From Octopus sinensis (taxonomy: Eukaryota), in assembly GCF_006345805.1 (NCBI RefSeq), contig NC_043003.1, positions 101,618,001 through 101,682,000 of the forward strand: a DNA stretch of 64,000 nucleotides. The letters are read 5' to 3'. The notes beneath the pieces were generated by a model that made no database searches, had not been told where the DNA came from, and saw only the letters and a program-made list of their open reading frames with translations. A program made the translations under genes and the position numbers. Shown piece by piece: positions 55,501 through 64,000 of this stretch. Every line of letters begins with the position of its first letter. Position 1 is the stretch's first letter.

Positions 55501-58500
55501 GCCTGGATGAAGATGGAAAAGTTTTAACACCCGAAGAAATATTATACAGAGTAAGTAGATTTATGTTTTCATGTATTAATATTTCAATAAGAAAGGTATT
55601 CTGCAACCCACTTTTCTATTCATCTTTAAAATCTTCTTCCTACATAGAGCTCCACCTCAGGAAGAAGTGATGTCACAGTCATAGAAAATGTTACAAGTCT
55701 AGAAATTTAATCCCTTGAAAGTAAAGGGACCAAAACAAAGAATTCAGGGTAGAGGTTGGGGTCCACCAAGGTTCAGTCCTCAGTCCCCCTCCTATTTATC
55801 ATAGTCCTCCAGGCAATAACGGAGGAATTCAAGACAGGATGCCCCTGGGAGCTCCTCTATGCTGATGACCTTGCTCTAATTGCTGAGTCTCTATCAGAAC
55901 TAGAGGAGAAGTTTCAGGTATGGAAGCAAGGTTTAGAATCGAAGTGCCTTAGAATCAACCTAGCCAAAACCGAAGTCCTAATAAGTAGGAAGGTAGACAA
56001 ATCACAAACGCCTTCAGGTAGATGGCCCTGCTCGATCTGTAGAAAAGGCGTAGGTAGAAACTCTATAAGATGCACCAAATGTAAGTTATGGACACATAAG
56101 AGATGTAGTAATGTCAAAGGAAGACTAACTAGGAAAATAGTTTTTATCTGTGGCAGATGCTCAGGAGCAATAAACTCTGAAAATATGCAGAGACCAACTT
56201 CTACCACGTTCCAGGGAGAAAAACTAGAAGTAGTTGATAGCTTCTGCTACCTAGGTGACCAAGTCAGTAGTGGGGGGCGGGTGTGCTGAAAGTGTAACTG
56301 CTAGAGTAAGAATAGCCTGGGCTAAGTTTAGAGAGCTCTTACCCCTGCTGGTGACAAAAGGCCTCTCGCTCAAAGTAAAAGGCAGACTGTATGATGCATG
56401 TGTACATACAGCCATGCTACATGGTAGTGAAACTTGGGCTGTGACTGCTGAGGATTTGCGTAAGCTCGCAAGAAATGAAGCTAGTATGCTCCGATGGATG
56501 TGTAACGTCAGTGTTTATAATCGACAGAGTGTAAGTACCTTGAGAGAAAAGTTGAACCTAAGAGGCATCAGTTGTGGTGTGCAAGAGAGACTTTTGCGCT
56601 GGTATGGTCATGTGATGAGAATGGCTGAAGATAGTTGTGTGCGAAAGTGCCACACCCTGGCAGTTGAGGGGACCTGTGGAAAACCTGGGACGAGGTGGTG
56701 AAGCACGACCTTCGAACTTTAGGTCTCACCAAGGAAATGACCAGAGACCGAGACCTTTGGAAGTATGCTGTGCGTGAGAAAACCCGGCAAGACCAGTGAG
56801 AACAGTCAAAATCAAAATCAAACCAAATCAATTTATATATCAGAAAGCAGAACCAAATTGAGGTTGATCAACATCAGTGGGAATTGCAGCTGTGGCTAAG
56901 TGAACCATCCGTTCGTGGCCGTTTGCCAGCTCTGTCTGACCCCCGTGTCGGTGGCACGTAAAAGCACCATCCGTTCGTGTTCGTTGCCAGCCTCGCCTGG
57001 CCCCTGTGCCGGTGACACATAAAAGCACCATCCTTTCGTGGCCGTTTGCCAGCTCTGTCTGGCCCCCCGTGTCGGTGGCACGTAAAAGCACCATCCGTTC
57101 GTGTCCATTGCCAGCCTCGCCTGGCCCCCGTGCTGGTGACACGTAAAAGCACCATCCGTTTCGTGGCCGTTTGCCAGCCCTGTCTGGCCCCCGTGTTGGT
57201 GGCACGTAAAAGCACCATCCGTTCGTGTCCATTGCCAGGCTCGCCTGGCCCCTGTGCCGGTGACACGTAAAAGCACCATCCGTTCGTGGCCGTTTGCCAG
57301 CTCTGTCTGGCACCTGTGTAGGTGGCACGTAAAAAGCACCCACTACACTCACAGAGTGGTTGGTGTTAGGAAGGGCATCCAGCCGTAGAAACACTGCCAG
57401 ATCTAACTGGGCCTGATGAAGCCTTCCAGCTTCACAGACCCCAGTTGAACCGTCCAACCCATGCTAGCATGGAAAATGGACGCTAAATGATGATGATGAT
57501 GATGATGATATATGTATATATTTATCAAAATAAAAACATGATGCAAAGGATTTAGCGGTACATATGTTTCGGGCCTTTATTAGATGGTTTATAACAATGC
57601 ATAATTGATGTAAATTTGTGCCTCAGCCTTCTTCAGCCGCGTACAATTATTACTTCAAGGACATGTATTACATTATAAGTTTTATGTTGGGGATGCAAAT
57701 CCTCATAGTTGCATACAACAGAGCGAGGCACCAGAACAAAATCAAAGCGTCCATTCCGTTTTTCACTTGATGTAGAATGAGGAAGTTTGGATGTTGAGAT
57801 AGAGAGGGAAAGGGTTGGGGGGTTAATTTTTAGTGAGTTAGGGATCACAAAGAAGGAATGTAGTAGGTGCAAAAGGTAGTAAAAGAGTAAAAAATTACAA
57901 AAGAGTAAAAATTAAAAAAAAATAAAAAATTTAATAAGGATATAAGAATATAAAAAAATATATAAGAATATAAAAAAAGTATCTAAGTATATAAATATAT
58001 AAATACATAAATACACACAGACGTGAAAAAAACATGGGAATATAAATAAATAGAGATAAAGCTAAAGAAGCGAAAAATAAGGATGAAAAAAAAGAATGAA
58101 AAAAAATAAGGATAAGAAAATAAAAAAATATATAAAGGGATAAAGAAATATAAAGGGATGAAGAAATGTAAAGGGGTGAAGAACTAAAAGGGTGGTCAGG
58201 AGATAACAGAAAGATGACATATTCCGGTTGTTGAAGCCTAAGGGTGTAACGGCGGGTGTCATAAATTAACTTAAATGTCTGGAGACCAAGTGGATGGTCG
58301 ATCTCGGTTATCTAGTTTGTGGCTAAACAGTTTATCTACTTCCTCGTAAATGTGTAGACGTGCGGGCTTTATATGTGTACGTGTGAGTATGTATTTGTAT
58401 GTATATGTGTGCGTATGCAGAGGCGTGTTAATGTAGTTGCTTTTATGTATTTAGCTTGTGTGGATTTAGGTATCTGTAGGTAGCAGGACGTATGCATATG

Positions 58501-61122
58501 GGTATCCCTGTCGGTATTTTTACACGAGAGTATGTATGTATATATACGTGTGGATGTGTATATGTATGCATGCGTGTACGTATGTACATGTTGACCATTA
58601 GTAACAAAGACAATTTACGAGGAAGTAGATAAACTGTTTAACCACAAACCAGACAACTGAGATCGACCATCCACTTGGTCTCCAGACTTTCCCTCTCTAT
58701 CTCAACATCCAAACTTCCTCATTCTACATCGAGTTAAAAACGGAATGGACGCTTTGATTTTGTTCTGGTGCCTCGCTCTGTCGTACGCGACTATGAGGAT
58801 TTGCATCCCCAACGTAAAACTTATAATGTAATACATGTCCTTGAAGTAGTAATTGTACGTGGCTGAAGAAGGCCATAGACACACATTATGCATTGTTATA
58901 AAACCGTCTAATAAAGGCCCGAAACATATGTACCGCTAAATCCTTTGCATCATGTTTTTATTTTGATAAATATTCTCTATCACCTACACCACTAAATGGT
59001 ATATACAGGTGCTTACAATTATCAAGTATTCACCCTGAGTTTATATATGTATATATATATATATGTGTGTGTGTGTATATATATATGTGTGTGTGTGTAT
59101 ATGATTTTTCATTGAGTTTTATGTAAGTTCTTTTTGAGAGAGTCCAAGCTGTTTGCTCACAAAGTGACAAAACCTTTTCCGTTAAGAGAGTTTCCTGTGT
59201 TTGTAAATATATGGTTAAGTTGGTGTGTTGGTTGAACTGTTGATGTATACATCCAAGTGTGTGCATCTAGTCACATAAGAATCTCAGATGGAGAAATTTC
59301 GGAATACCTTTCAAATCTTCACTGTGCCACTAACAGATTGGATTTGGAAAATCCAGATCAGTTTCTTTTGCTCTTTCTCTGTGAAATTGAGAATATCTAG
59401 GTTTTTGTGCAAATTTGTGTGTGTGTGTGTGTGTGCGTGCGTGTGCGTGTGCATGCATGTAAATTGTGTGGATAATGTGAGACAATTATTTTTTAATATT
59501 TCAGGCAGTTCAAGCTGTCAACCTTGGCCATGATCAGTGCCATGCTCAAATGGATGTCAAATTCCGCTCTATCATCTGCTGCGGCTTAAAGTAAGTCACT
59601 TCGTCAGTGTTCTGACAAACTCCTTCTTTTAGCATTGACAGACAAAGCCATGTTTGTAAAGTTACTGATGAGAAGTAGAGATCTAGTGTTTGAATTATCA
59701 TAAGCCACGTGGGATTAATGTAAAAGGAGATTAGGTTATATTACAACCATGCTTGGTTTTTGAAGGAAACAATTAAATACATTACATCTTTTTCTTTTAT
59801 CTTTCACTTATTCCAGTTTTTAGACTGTGGCCATGCTGGGGCACTGTCTTGAAGAACTTTTAGTTGAATGTATCAACTCCAGTACCTATTTTTTAAAGCC
59901 TGGTTCTGATTCTATCGGTCTCTTTTACTGAACTGCTAAGTTATGAGGACATAAACACACCAGCACTCATTGTCAAGCGGTGGGCAGAGGAGAAACACAG
60001 ACACAAAGACAAACACACACACACACACACACACACTCACAACTGGCTTCTTTCAGCTTTCATCTGCCAACTCGACTCACAAGACTTTGGTTAGCCCAAG
60101 GCTATAGTAGAAGACACTTGCCCAAGGTGCCACACAGTGGGACTGAACCCTGAACTATGTGGTTGGGAAGCAAGCTTCTTACCATGCCTGCACCTATACA
60201 TGTGTATTTCGCAAAGCAAAGGGTCCTCAAAAGTGAACAAAAATAATTTTGTTAAGTTCTGTATCATCTACCTCATACCCACCACAACCAATGAGACGAC
60301 ATTGTTGCTCAATTTACTAGAAATAACAGCCAATTATATTTCCTTCAAACCACACACACTGTCTTATAAAAGAAAGATATATTGGATAATATAATGTTAT
60401 ATATATATATTATATATATAATATAATATTATCTAAAATAAAAAGACAAGATGATCTCAGCTGGAAAACCTTTGAACATAAGTATACTTAGGACATGCCA
60501 CCAGCAACAATTTTATAAATAACAGTAGGTATAACAGTTTACTATTTTAACATATATTCCTTTCTCGTTAACATGAAAGATGGAATCTAAACAACATTGC
60601 ATATAGGTTCAAATTGCTGAAAATCTTAACTTTTATCAATTTTAAAACAACTTAGAGATAATAATAATGAAATTATTGTGTATAGTGCTCAGGTGCACTA
60701 CAACTCATCAAAGGTGCATTTATGGTACATAGAACTATATACAAAAGTCAGGAAAGTGAACAGTGTATGAGTCATGATATACATGTGTGCATGTATATAG
60801 ATGTGGGGGGCAATATCAGGTGTTTGATTCCCAAAATATTTTCTTTGTATGTGGATGTTGTGATAATCATGATTGTTTTTTTTTTTGTTTTTTTTTTTTT
60901 TGCAAGAGCATCAGAAGGGAGTCAAAAATAATTTGCAAGCTCATTTTTTTATATAGTTAAAAAAATATCTATTTGATATCATTTATATTTTTTTTTCAGT
61001 GAACAAGTGTTACACCTTTGGTTAGAGACGTTGTGTTCGTGCCTGGATGTAGTAGAAAAATGGTATCATCCTTGGTCTTTTATAAGAAGTCCAGGTTGGG
61101 TACAGATCAAATGTGAATTAAG
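569..61122 (+). CDS. SGSM3: Small G protein signaling modulator 3 (TBC/RabGAP-SH3-RUN); 17 internal coding exons, both ends outside the window
   Basis: Spliced translation follows SGSM3 motifs in order: [110 protein letters not shown]. All junctions are AG/GT (one GC) with matching phases; total 2021 nt. Confidence 0.96.
995..1133 (+). mobile_element. CORE-like tRNA SINE (representative copy)
   Basis: tggctgtgtgg...ggcac..tgagcaagtgtct...gaaagaagccc. Related copies near 5030(-), 8098, 9240(-), 14290(-), 25615(-), 44500(-), 60040(-) and 61400. Confidence 0.7.
1496..1626 (+). CDS. SGSM3: SGSM3 exon (DGPEEN...GDLTWDK)
   Basis: tgcag|AT acceptor, AAG|gtatga donor. Confidence 0.93.
1882..2110 (+). 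mobile_element. tRNA SINE with V-domain-like segment
   Basis: tRNA-like head, then cctgtgatggactggcgttctgtccagg; 36390-36660(-) shares the upstream segment. Confidence 0.5.
3629..3823 (+). CDS. SGSM3: SGSM3 exon, start of TBC domain ([10 protein letters not shown]...KQIEK)
   Basis: cacag acceptor, AAG|gtttca donor, 65 codons. Confidence 0.93.
4570..4704 (+). CDS. SGSM3: SGSM3 exon, TBC catalytic R/Q fingers (DLLRTMP...YCQGTGM)
   Basis: gtcag acceptor, ATG|gtaagt donor, 45 codons. Confidence 0.95.
5623..5739 (+). CDS. SGSM3: SGSM3 exon ([13 protein letters not shown]...LIGIQ)
   Basis: gacag acceptor, CAG|gtatgt donor, 39 codons. Confidence 0.93.
7387..7465 (+). CDS. SGSM3: SGSM3 exon (ADQRVLRQL...KEHDI)
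   Basis: ttccag acceptor, G|gtaagt donor (phase 1). Confidence 0.93.
10451..10596 (+). CDS. SGSM3: SGSM3 exon ([12 protein letters not shown]...MLKMK)
   Basis: tttcag acceptor, AAG|gtcagt donor. Confidence 0.94.
11825..12052. mobile_element. piggyBac-type MITE
   Basis: TTAA|CCCTGTAGCATT ... AATGCCAAAGGG|TTAA; imperfect TIRs with CCC ends and TTAA duplication. Confidence 0.65.
12688..12783 (+). CDS. SGSM3: SGSM3 exon ([19 protein letters not shown]...LIE)
   Basis: atctag acceptor, GAG|gtgagt donor, 32 codons. Confidence 0.92.
13303..13434 (+). CDS. SGSM3: SGSM3 exon ([11 protein letters not shown]...[13 protein letters not shown]...KQ)
   Basis: ttctag acceptor, CAG|gttttt donor, 44 codons. 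Confidence 0.91.
15290..16172 (-). mobile_element. Non-autonomous mariner (Tc1/mariner) derivative, copy 1
   Basis: TA flanks at 15288-89 and 16173-74; TIR gtctgatcaataa.tatccagact; transposase N-terminus [26 protein letters not shown]; no DD34D domain. Confidence 0.9.
16190..16378 (+). CDS. SGSM3: SGSM3 exon (QLNKRHLRR...[15 protein letters not shown]...DPKNNKI)
   Basis: ttacag acceptor, ATT|gtaagt donor, 63 codons. Confidence 0.92.
16754..16984 (+). mobile_element. tRNA-derived SINE (Deu/Nin-like central domain) nested in an RTE tail
   Basis: 11-bp duplication ggtttgagaag at 16743-53 and 16985-95. Related copies near 6150, 6716, 12215, 32962, 35290(-) and 35903. Domain name from memory, unverified. 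Confidence 0.8.
17811..18683. repeat. Compound (TA)n/(TATG)n microsatellite, ~870 bp
   Basis: Direct reading. Confidence 0.95.
18690..19952 (-). mobile_element. Penelope-like element 3' fragment with GIY-YIG endonuclease
   Basis: [30 protein letters not shown]...[17 protein letters not shown] (about 19641-19950), followed by a CT-rich tract, three ~115-bp repeats and a hammerhead-like motif. Confidence 0.8.
18787..18824 (-). ncRNA. Minimal type I hammerhead-like motif of a Penelope-like element (variant core)
   Basis: Reverse complement UCUUU CUGUUGA A GAGC-GUAG-GCUC GAAA CG UU AAAGA. Stems I, II and III form, but A6 is U and the cleavage triplet is GUU. Confidence 0.6.
21366..21436. repeat. 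(TATC)n microsatellite
   Basis: Direct reading. Confidence 0.9.
23150..24480 (+). mobile_element. Degenerate Tx1-type ORF1 of a sister family
   Basis: [24 protein letters not shown] and [38 protein letters not shown] align with ORF1 at 26.6-27.0 kb; contains stops and frameshifts. Confidence 0.7.
24485..25610 (+). mobile_element. Degenerate Helitron RepHel fragment
   Basis: Frame-broken motifs [48 protein letters not shown] and [17 protein letters not shown] (just before helicase motif I). Confidence 0.7.
26080..26290 (+). mobile_element. RTE/BovB-type RT fragment
   Basis: [33 protein letters not shown]. Confidence 0.75.
26361..31565 (+). mobile_element. Near-full-length Tx1/L1-clade LINE with frameshifts
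   Basis: ORF1 with CCHC knuckle [14 protein letters not shown]; ORF2 from 27846 with APE (LNVRGL, ISETR, VGDWN, YLDRVF, TDHK), RT ([19 protein letters not shown]) and zf-RVT ([14 protein letters not shown]), ending 31284; AATAAA at 31551; (ATT)n on both sides. Confidence 0.92.
31566..32961. repeat. (ATT)n/(ACT) microsatellite, ~1.4 kb, split by the LINE 3'-end copy
   Basis: Direct reading. Confidence 0.95.
32204..32330 (+). mobile_element. Second copy of the Tx1 LINE 3' end inside the (ATT)n array
   Basis: Matches 31437-31565 except for a 2-nt indel. Confidence 0.9.
34086..34109 (+). CDS. Candidate 24-nt in-frame microexon (AIKSHLNQ)
   Basis: T-rich tract plus ttcag acceptor, CAG|gtaatt donor, phase 0/0, no stop; lies in the 28.7-kb intron. 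No expression evidence. Confidence 0.35.
37800..39450 (-). mobile_element. Degenerate LTR-retrotransposon gag-protease fragment (Ty3/Gypsy-like)
   Basis: gag-like [25 protein letters not shown]; eroded knuckle [10 protein letters not shown]; aspartic protease [16 protein letters not shown]. Confidence 0.7.
39480..39650 (-). mobile_element. CR1/L2 ORF2 C-terminal fragment
   Basis: [20 protein letters not shown] resembles the CR1-type FF..RVV..WN.LP terminal motif. Confidence 0.6.
42135..43280. repeat. Complex direct-plus-inverted repeat of a ~445-bp unit
   Basis: Block order A-B-C-A-B'-A'-C'-B'(partial); see findings. Confidence 0.85.
45051..45197 (+). CDS. SGSM3: SGSM3 exon, start of SH3 (ADYSMESH...[23 protein letters not shown])
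   Basis: ttccag acceptor, ACA|gtgagt donor, 49 codons. Confidence 0.94.
45290..46400 (-). mobile_element. Older, degenerate RTE 3' fragment
   Basis: (CAT)n tail plus 3' UTR similarity to the other RTE copies; eroded RT C-terminus. Confidence 0.55.
46951..49590 (-). mobile_element. 5'-truncated RTE-type LINE interrupted by mariner copy 2
   Basis: [20 protein letters not shown] and PHD-like Cys motif; 3' UTR ends in a (GAT)n tail at about 46951. Confidence 0.85.
48605..49499 (+). mobile_element. Non-autonomous mariner derivative, copy 2, nested in an RTE LINE
   Basis: TA at 48603-04 and 49500-01; same internal junction as copy 1; removing it restores [19 protein letters not shown]. Confidence 0.92.
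49814..49977 (+). CDS. SGSM3: SGSM3 exon, SH3 end and RUN start ([27 protein letters not shown]...VRG)
   Basis: attag acceptor, AC|gtaagt donor (phase 2). Confidence 0.95.
51118..51503 (-). mobile_element. Full-length tRNA-derived SINE with 14-bp target-site duplication
   Basis: acaagaaaacaatt at 51104-17 and 51504-17; head has A box (tggcccagtga) and B box (gtttcgattcc). Confidence 0.85.
51774..51867 (+). CDS. SGSM3: SGSM3 exon, RUN ([12 protein letters not shown]...HPWLFIEE)
   Basis: ccacag acceptor, GAG|gtaaat donor. Confidence 0.94.
52889..52959 (+). CDS. SGSM3: SGSM3 exon, RUN ([23 protein letters not shown])
   Basis: tttcag acceptor, CG|gtaagt donor. Confidence 0.94.
53420..53960 (-). 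mobile_element. RTE 3' UTR fragment with ~25-bp tandem repeats
   Basis: catcatcatttaatgtctgctttctatgctggcatggg tail shared with the other RTE copies. Confidence 0.7.
55502..55550 (+). CDS. SGSM3: SGSM3 exon, RUN ([16 protein letters not shown])
   Basis: ttacag acceptor, AGA|gtaagt donor. Confidence 0.93.
55757..57509 (+). mobile_element. 5'-truncated RTE-type LINE
   Basis: [15 protein letters not shown]...[26 protein letters not shown]; 3' UTR has a tandem array and a (GAT)n tail. Confidence 0.88.
56902..57330 (+). repeat. ~62-bp tandem repeat, 7 units alternating A/B
   Basis: Units start aaaagcaccatccgttcgtg; A has gccgtttgccagctctgtctgg, B has tccattgccagcctcgcctgg. Confidence 0.9.
57555..57640 (-). 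ncRNA. Type I hammerhead ribozyme (antisense copy)
   Basis: Reverse complement reads GCGG CUGAAGA A GGCU...GGCC C GAAA CAUAUG UA CCGC; stem I is 4/4 Watson-Crick and the core is intact. Confidence 0.78.
58859..58936 (+). ncRNA. Type I hammerhead ribozyme (sense to the host pre-mRNA)
   Basis: Stem I GUGG/CCGC; core CUGAAGA 58863-69; stem II GGCC/GGCC extended by UAGAC/GUCUA; GAAA 58921-24; palindromic stem III ACAUAUGU; GUA triplet with predicted cut after 58932. Confidence 0.8.
59505..59590 (+). CDS. SGSM3: SGSM3 exon, RUN ([28 protein letters not shown])
   Basis: tttcag acceptor, AA|gtaagt donor. Confidence 0.94.
61000..61122 (+). CDS. SGSM3: SGSM3 exon, RUN (EQVLHLWLE...[12 protein letters not shown])
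   Basis: tttcag acceptor, AG|gtgaag donor; the next exon was not found in the window. Confidence 0.93.
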
Positions 61123-64000
61123 GTGAAGTATATTTCAAGAGATTCTACATTTTGCACTTTTTCTCATTCCATAACATGTTGGTGGCATAGTATTTAAATC
61201 TATAATAATCCTTTAAGGTACCGGGCTCTCATAATGCAAATGAACAACAGATGAAGATTTTGTTTTCATCAAGTATGTTTGAGATAAAATCAGCTCTGCA
61301 AGGTCTATCCTTCTTCGAGGTGATCTCATCATCACCAGTTCATTATCATCATTTAATATCCATTTTCCTTGTGGAATAATTTAAATTCAATATAACATAG
61401 GTGCAGGTATGGCTATGTGGTTAAGAAATTTACTTCTCAACCACATAGTTTCAGGTTCATTTCCACTGTGTGATACCTTAGCCAAACTGCAGGCTGATGA
61501 TGGTGATGCCTACAAACTAAACACTACAGTGTGAAAAATTGTAAAAAAAACAACACATAAATACAAAAGAAGGGAAAGAAAAACACGTTCTGATTAAGAG
61601 GCAACCACATGGAGCCAATTATAGAGATGTCGATTAAGCGACATACTATAATTTAATGAGCATGAGAGAAAGAAGGGTTACCATCTTGTATGTAATGACA
61701 AGAAAATAGGAATTTGCGAGACGTCTGTAATAAGTCATAACATATTTATTATCGGAGGTAATGTGTTAACATATTAGGTTAATTGAAGGGAAGCTTGTAA
61801 CATCACATGAACGTATTCATTTTTTTGCAATCACATGTTTCCAGGTAAGTGAGGTGAATGTATGCACATGCATGCAGGAGGATTGACTCAATGCCGGTCT
61901 AAGAATCAACAGACACTGAGTGGCACGAATTTAGAATGCTTCGCTTTATATAAGGGATGAACCGGAAGTCCCTGACTTCTATGTCAACTGGAAATTTTTA
62001 GAATGTCCAAAAACTTTCTAGAAGGTCAAGGGAGATTACTCTCATTAAATCCCTTTTTCATTTTGCTTTCCTGCTTGACCGCCAGGGTTCACTACATAAC
62101 TCCCTCCTCAGGTGAGCAGTCAATAAGCAAAATCATTATAGTGATCCAGGGCAGATATGAAGCAAAACAAGGTAGCAAAAACATGTGCTTGCAAAACAAG
62201 TAGTAAAATAGAAAAAATTAATACATGCATCATGATAGATACTGAATATGATTGCAGAGTTTGGCACAGTAAAGGGTTTAGCTACATATCTATGCACATC
62301 AAACTAAATGCAAAACATGGCAATATGAAAAATACAATGTGAAACATGCATGGGAAAAATGTTTGTGAATAAACGTTGTTTGTAAAAGAAATAGCAAACA
62401 GTTTGTTTTGTAACACAAAGTTAAATATATATATAGTTCTGGATAATTTGTGAGAGTGACAGTTCATGATAAGGTCCAGAAAAAAGGTGTATGCAGCATA
62501 TTAAATATGTAACACAAGAAAAAGGAAGCTGAAGGAAGCTCTTCGTAGCTTGCTGCCTGGGAAGGTGGTTTCTGCGAGACAGAGCAAGCGAAACCTGACG
62601 TGCAAGCACAATTGCAATCATCCAGGAAAGTGGCAATCACAGGATATGAAAGTCAAGGTGTATGAGAGTGCAATATTGGCTGCTGAGACATAAGCAGTGC
62701 CAAGATTTAACCTTGCAAGAGCAGTGGGTTGCTTGCAGAGGCTGAAAGGGTGTAGGTGCTAGAAAAGTGACAGTGACTAGAGAAATGAGTCAGACCATAA
62801 AGATGGTGGCAAAAGAAGGAAATTCCAACATGCAAGAGACCTGGTGTTAATCAGGCACCAAAGGAAGAAAATGCATGGAACACTACATGATGCAAAGAAA
62901 AAAATGCGTTTATAAGAGGTGGTTTGTGCATCCTGCTAACCAGAGAAGCAATGCATGGCAAAGACATGTAGGGACCTTTTTTGCCAGCTGAGAAAGGCTT
63001 GAGAAAAGCATTTAGCTAGAATAAACCTAGAAATGTGTGGCATGGATAGCATGAGGCAGACAGCATGTATGTGTGTATGTGTGTGTGAACGTTGAGCAAT
63101 AAAATAATGTGCAAGTGTAACTACTGTAAGCACTGTGAAACAAAACCAATTGCAAAGTCTGATGCAGTATCTCCCAGCAAAAGCTGTGCATCGGAGACTG
63201 AGCGTGCAAGGTGAGATGCTGAATAGAGGGCATTTCACAGCATCAAAAGGCATGTTACAGAATGGATGTACATGAAAGTATTTGTAAATGCAAGAAAAAA
63301 TGCAACAAAATGAACAGAAAGAAATTGGAACCGAAAAGCTCATGATGAGGCTGAAAAAATATGGAAGGAAAACAAGAAAACATGCAGAATGTTCAGTTCA
63401 TTGAATAACTGTTCCAATGAATGCTGTTAAGAAATGCATGGTTGGTGAAAAAATGTCACATTTCGGATTAGGAAGCTGTTTGAAGTGCTGTCCAACTGTG
63501 CAGTGCTCAGATTGACTGAAATTTGCTGTATAAGACTGAAATTTGCTGTACAGAAGATGGTGCAGCAATGATTCAAAATTAGCATTGAAACTGTGGCAGT
63601 GGTGACGTTAGCATTGTGGTCAGGTATGAAGGCTGATGGTATTAGCGCTGTTTGTGTGCATGGCTGTCGAAGTCTGGCCACATGGAAAATTCGAGATAGG
63701 CGAATGTAATAGAGAACTCCTGAGATTTGGTGCACACATCCACTGTCCATGCTCAGAGTGGTAATTGCATGAGAAAACCCAGCGAGTAAGATGAAGACAA
63801 ATGCCATGTTGGAAAAACTCCAACGTGAATTTACCAGCATAAAACCTTGACAGTTGACATTGTGAGAGAAAATTACTTCAAGAGGAGATTATTTGAAAGA
63901 ATACCTTGTATTTCCTTGTAAGAAGAATGCATATTCTGTTAGGTACAAGTTCGAGGTGAAGGAGACGAATTCTAGAGGTTCACTTGAACAAGAGAAAATA

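Larger units (their letters stand above)
57518..58973. mobile_element. Inverted-repeat element with a hammerhead in each arm (probably Penelope-like inverted pLTR structure)
   Basis: 57518-57812 is the reverse complement of 58687-58973; 58277-58351 is the reverse complement of 58613-58687; no recognisable ORF. Confidence 0.75.

Noticed and set aside
56902-57330. CRISPR-like array
   Set aside because: No unique spacers, eukaryotic context, and it lies inside an RTE 3' UTR.
58200-58262. TPLGFN motif resembling a Penelope GIY-YIG C-terminus (- strand)
   Set aside because: The upstream frame is closed by stops and shows no other GIY-YIG motif; could be chance.
61691-63900. Possible LTR (TG...CA, 61691-61986) followed by eroded gag-like knuckles
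   Set aside because: No target-site duplication, no clear primer-binding site and no second LTR; motifs too degraded to support.

Overview
Eukaryotic, AT-rich, repeat-dense animal DNA. The SINE, LINE and microsatellite landscape suggests an octopus or other coleoid cephalopod (inference, not verified). The whole window lies inside one + strand gene, an SGSM3/RUTBC3 orthologue (TBC-SH3-RUN). I traced 17 coding exons (569-61122, 2021 nt) whose splice phases chain into one open frame; the first and last exons lie outside the window. One intron is GC-AG and one is 28.7 kb. The introns hold a near-full-length Tx1/L1-type LINE in (ATT)n arrays, a decayed sister copy, RTE LINEs with a PHD finger, two copies of a mariner derivative built from two 5' ends, and Helitron, Gypsy-like gag-pro, CR1/L2 and Penelope (GIY-YIG) fragments. 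They also hold many tRNA-derived SINEs. The strongest unexplained signal is a 1.46-kb inverted-repeat element (57518-58973) whose two arms each carry an intact-core hammerhead ribozyme, one of them in the sense of the host pre-mRNA. A third, variant hammerhead sits in the Penelope fragment at 18.8 kb. All alignments and folds were done by eye.
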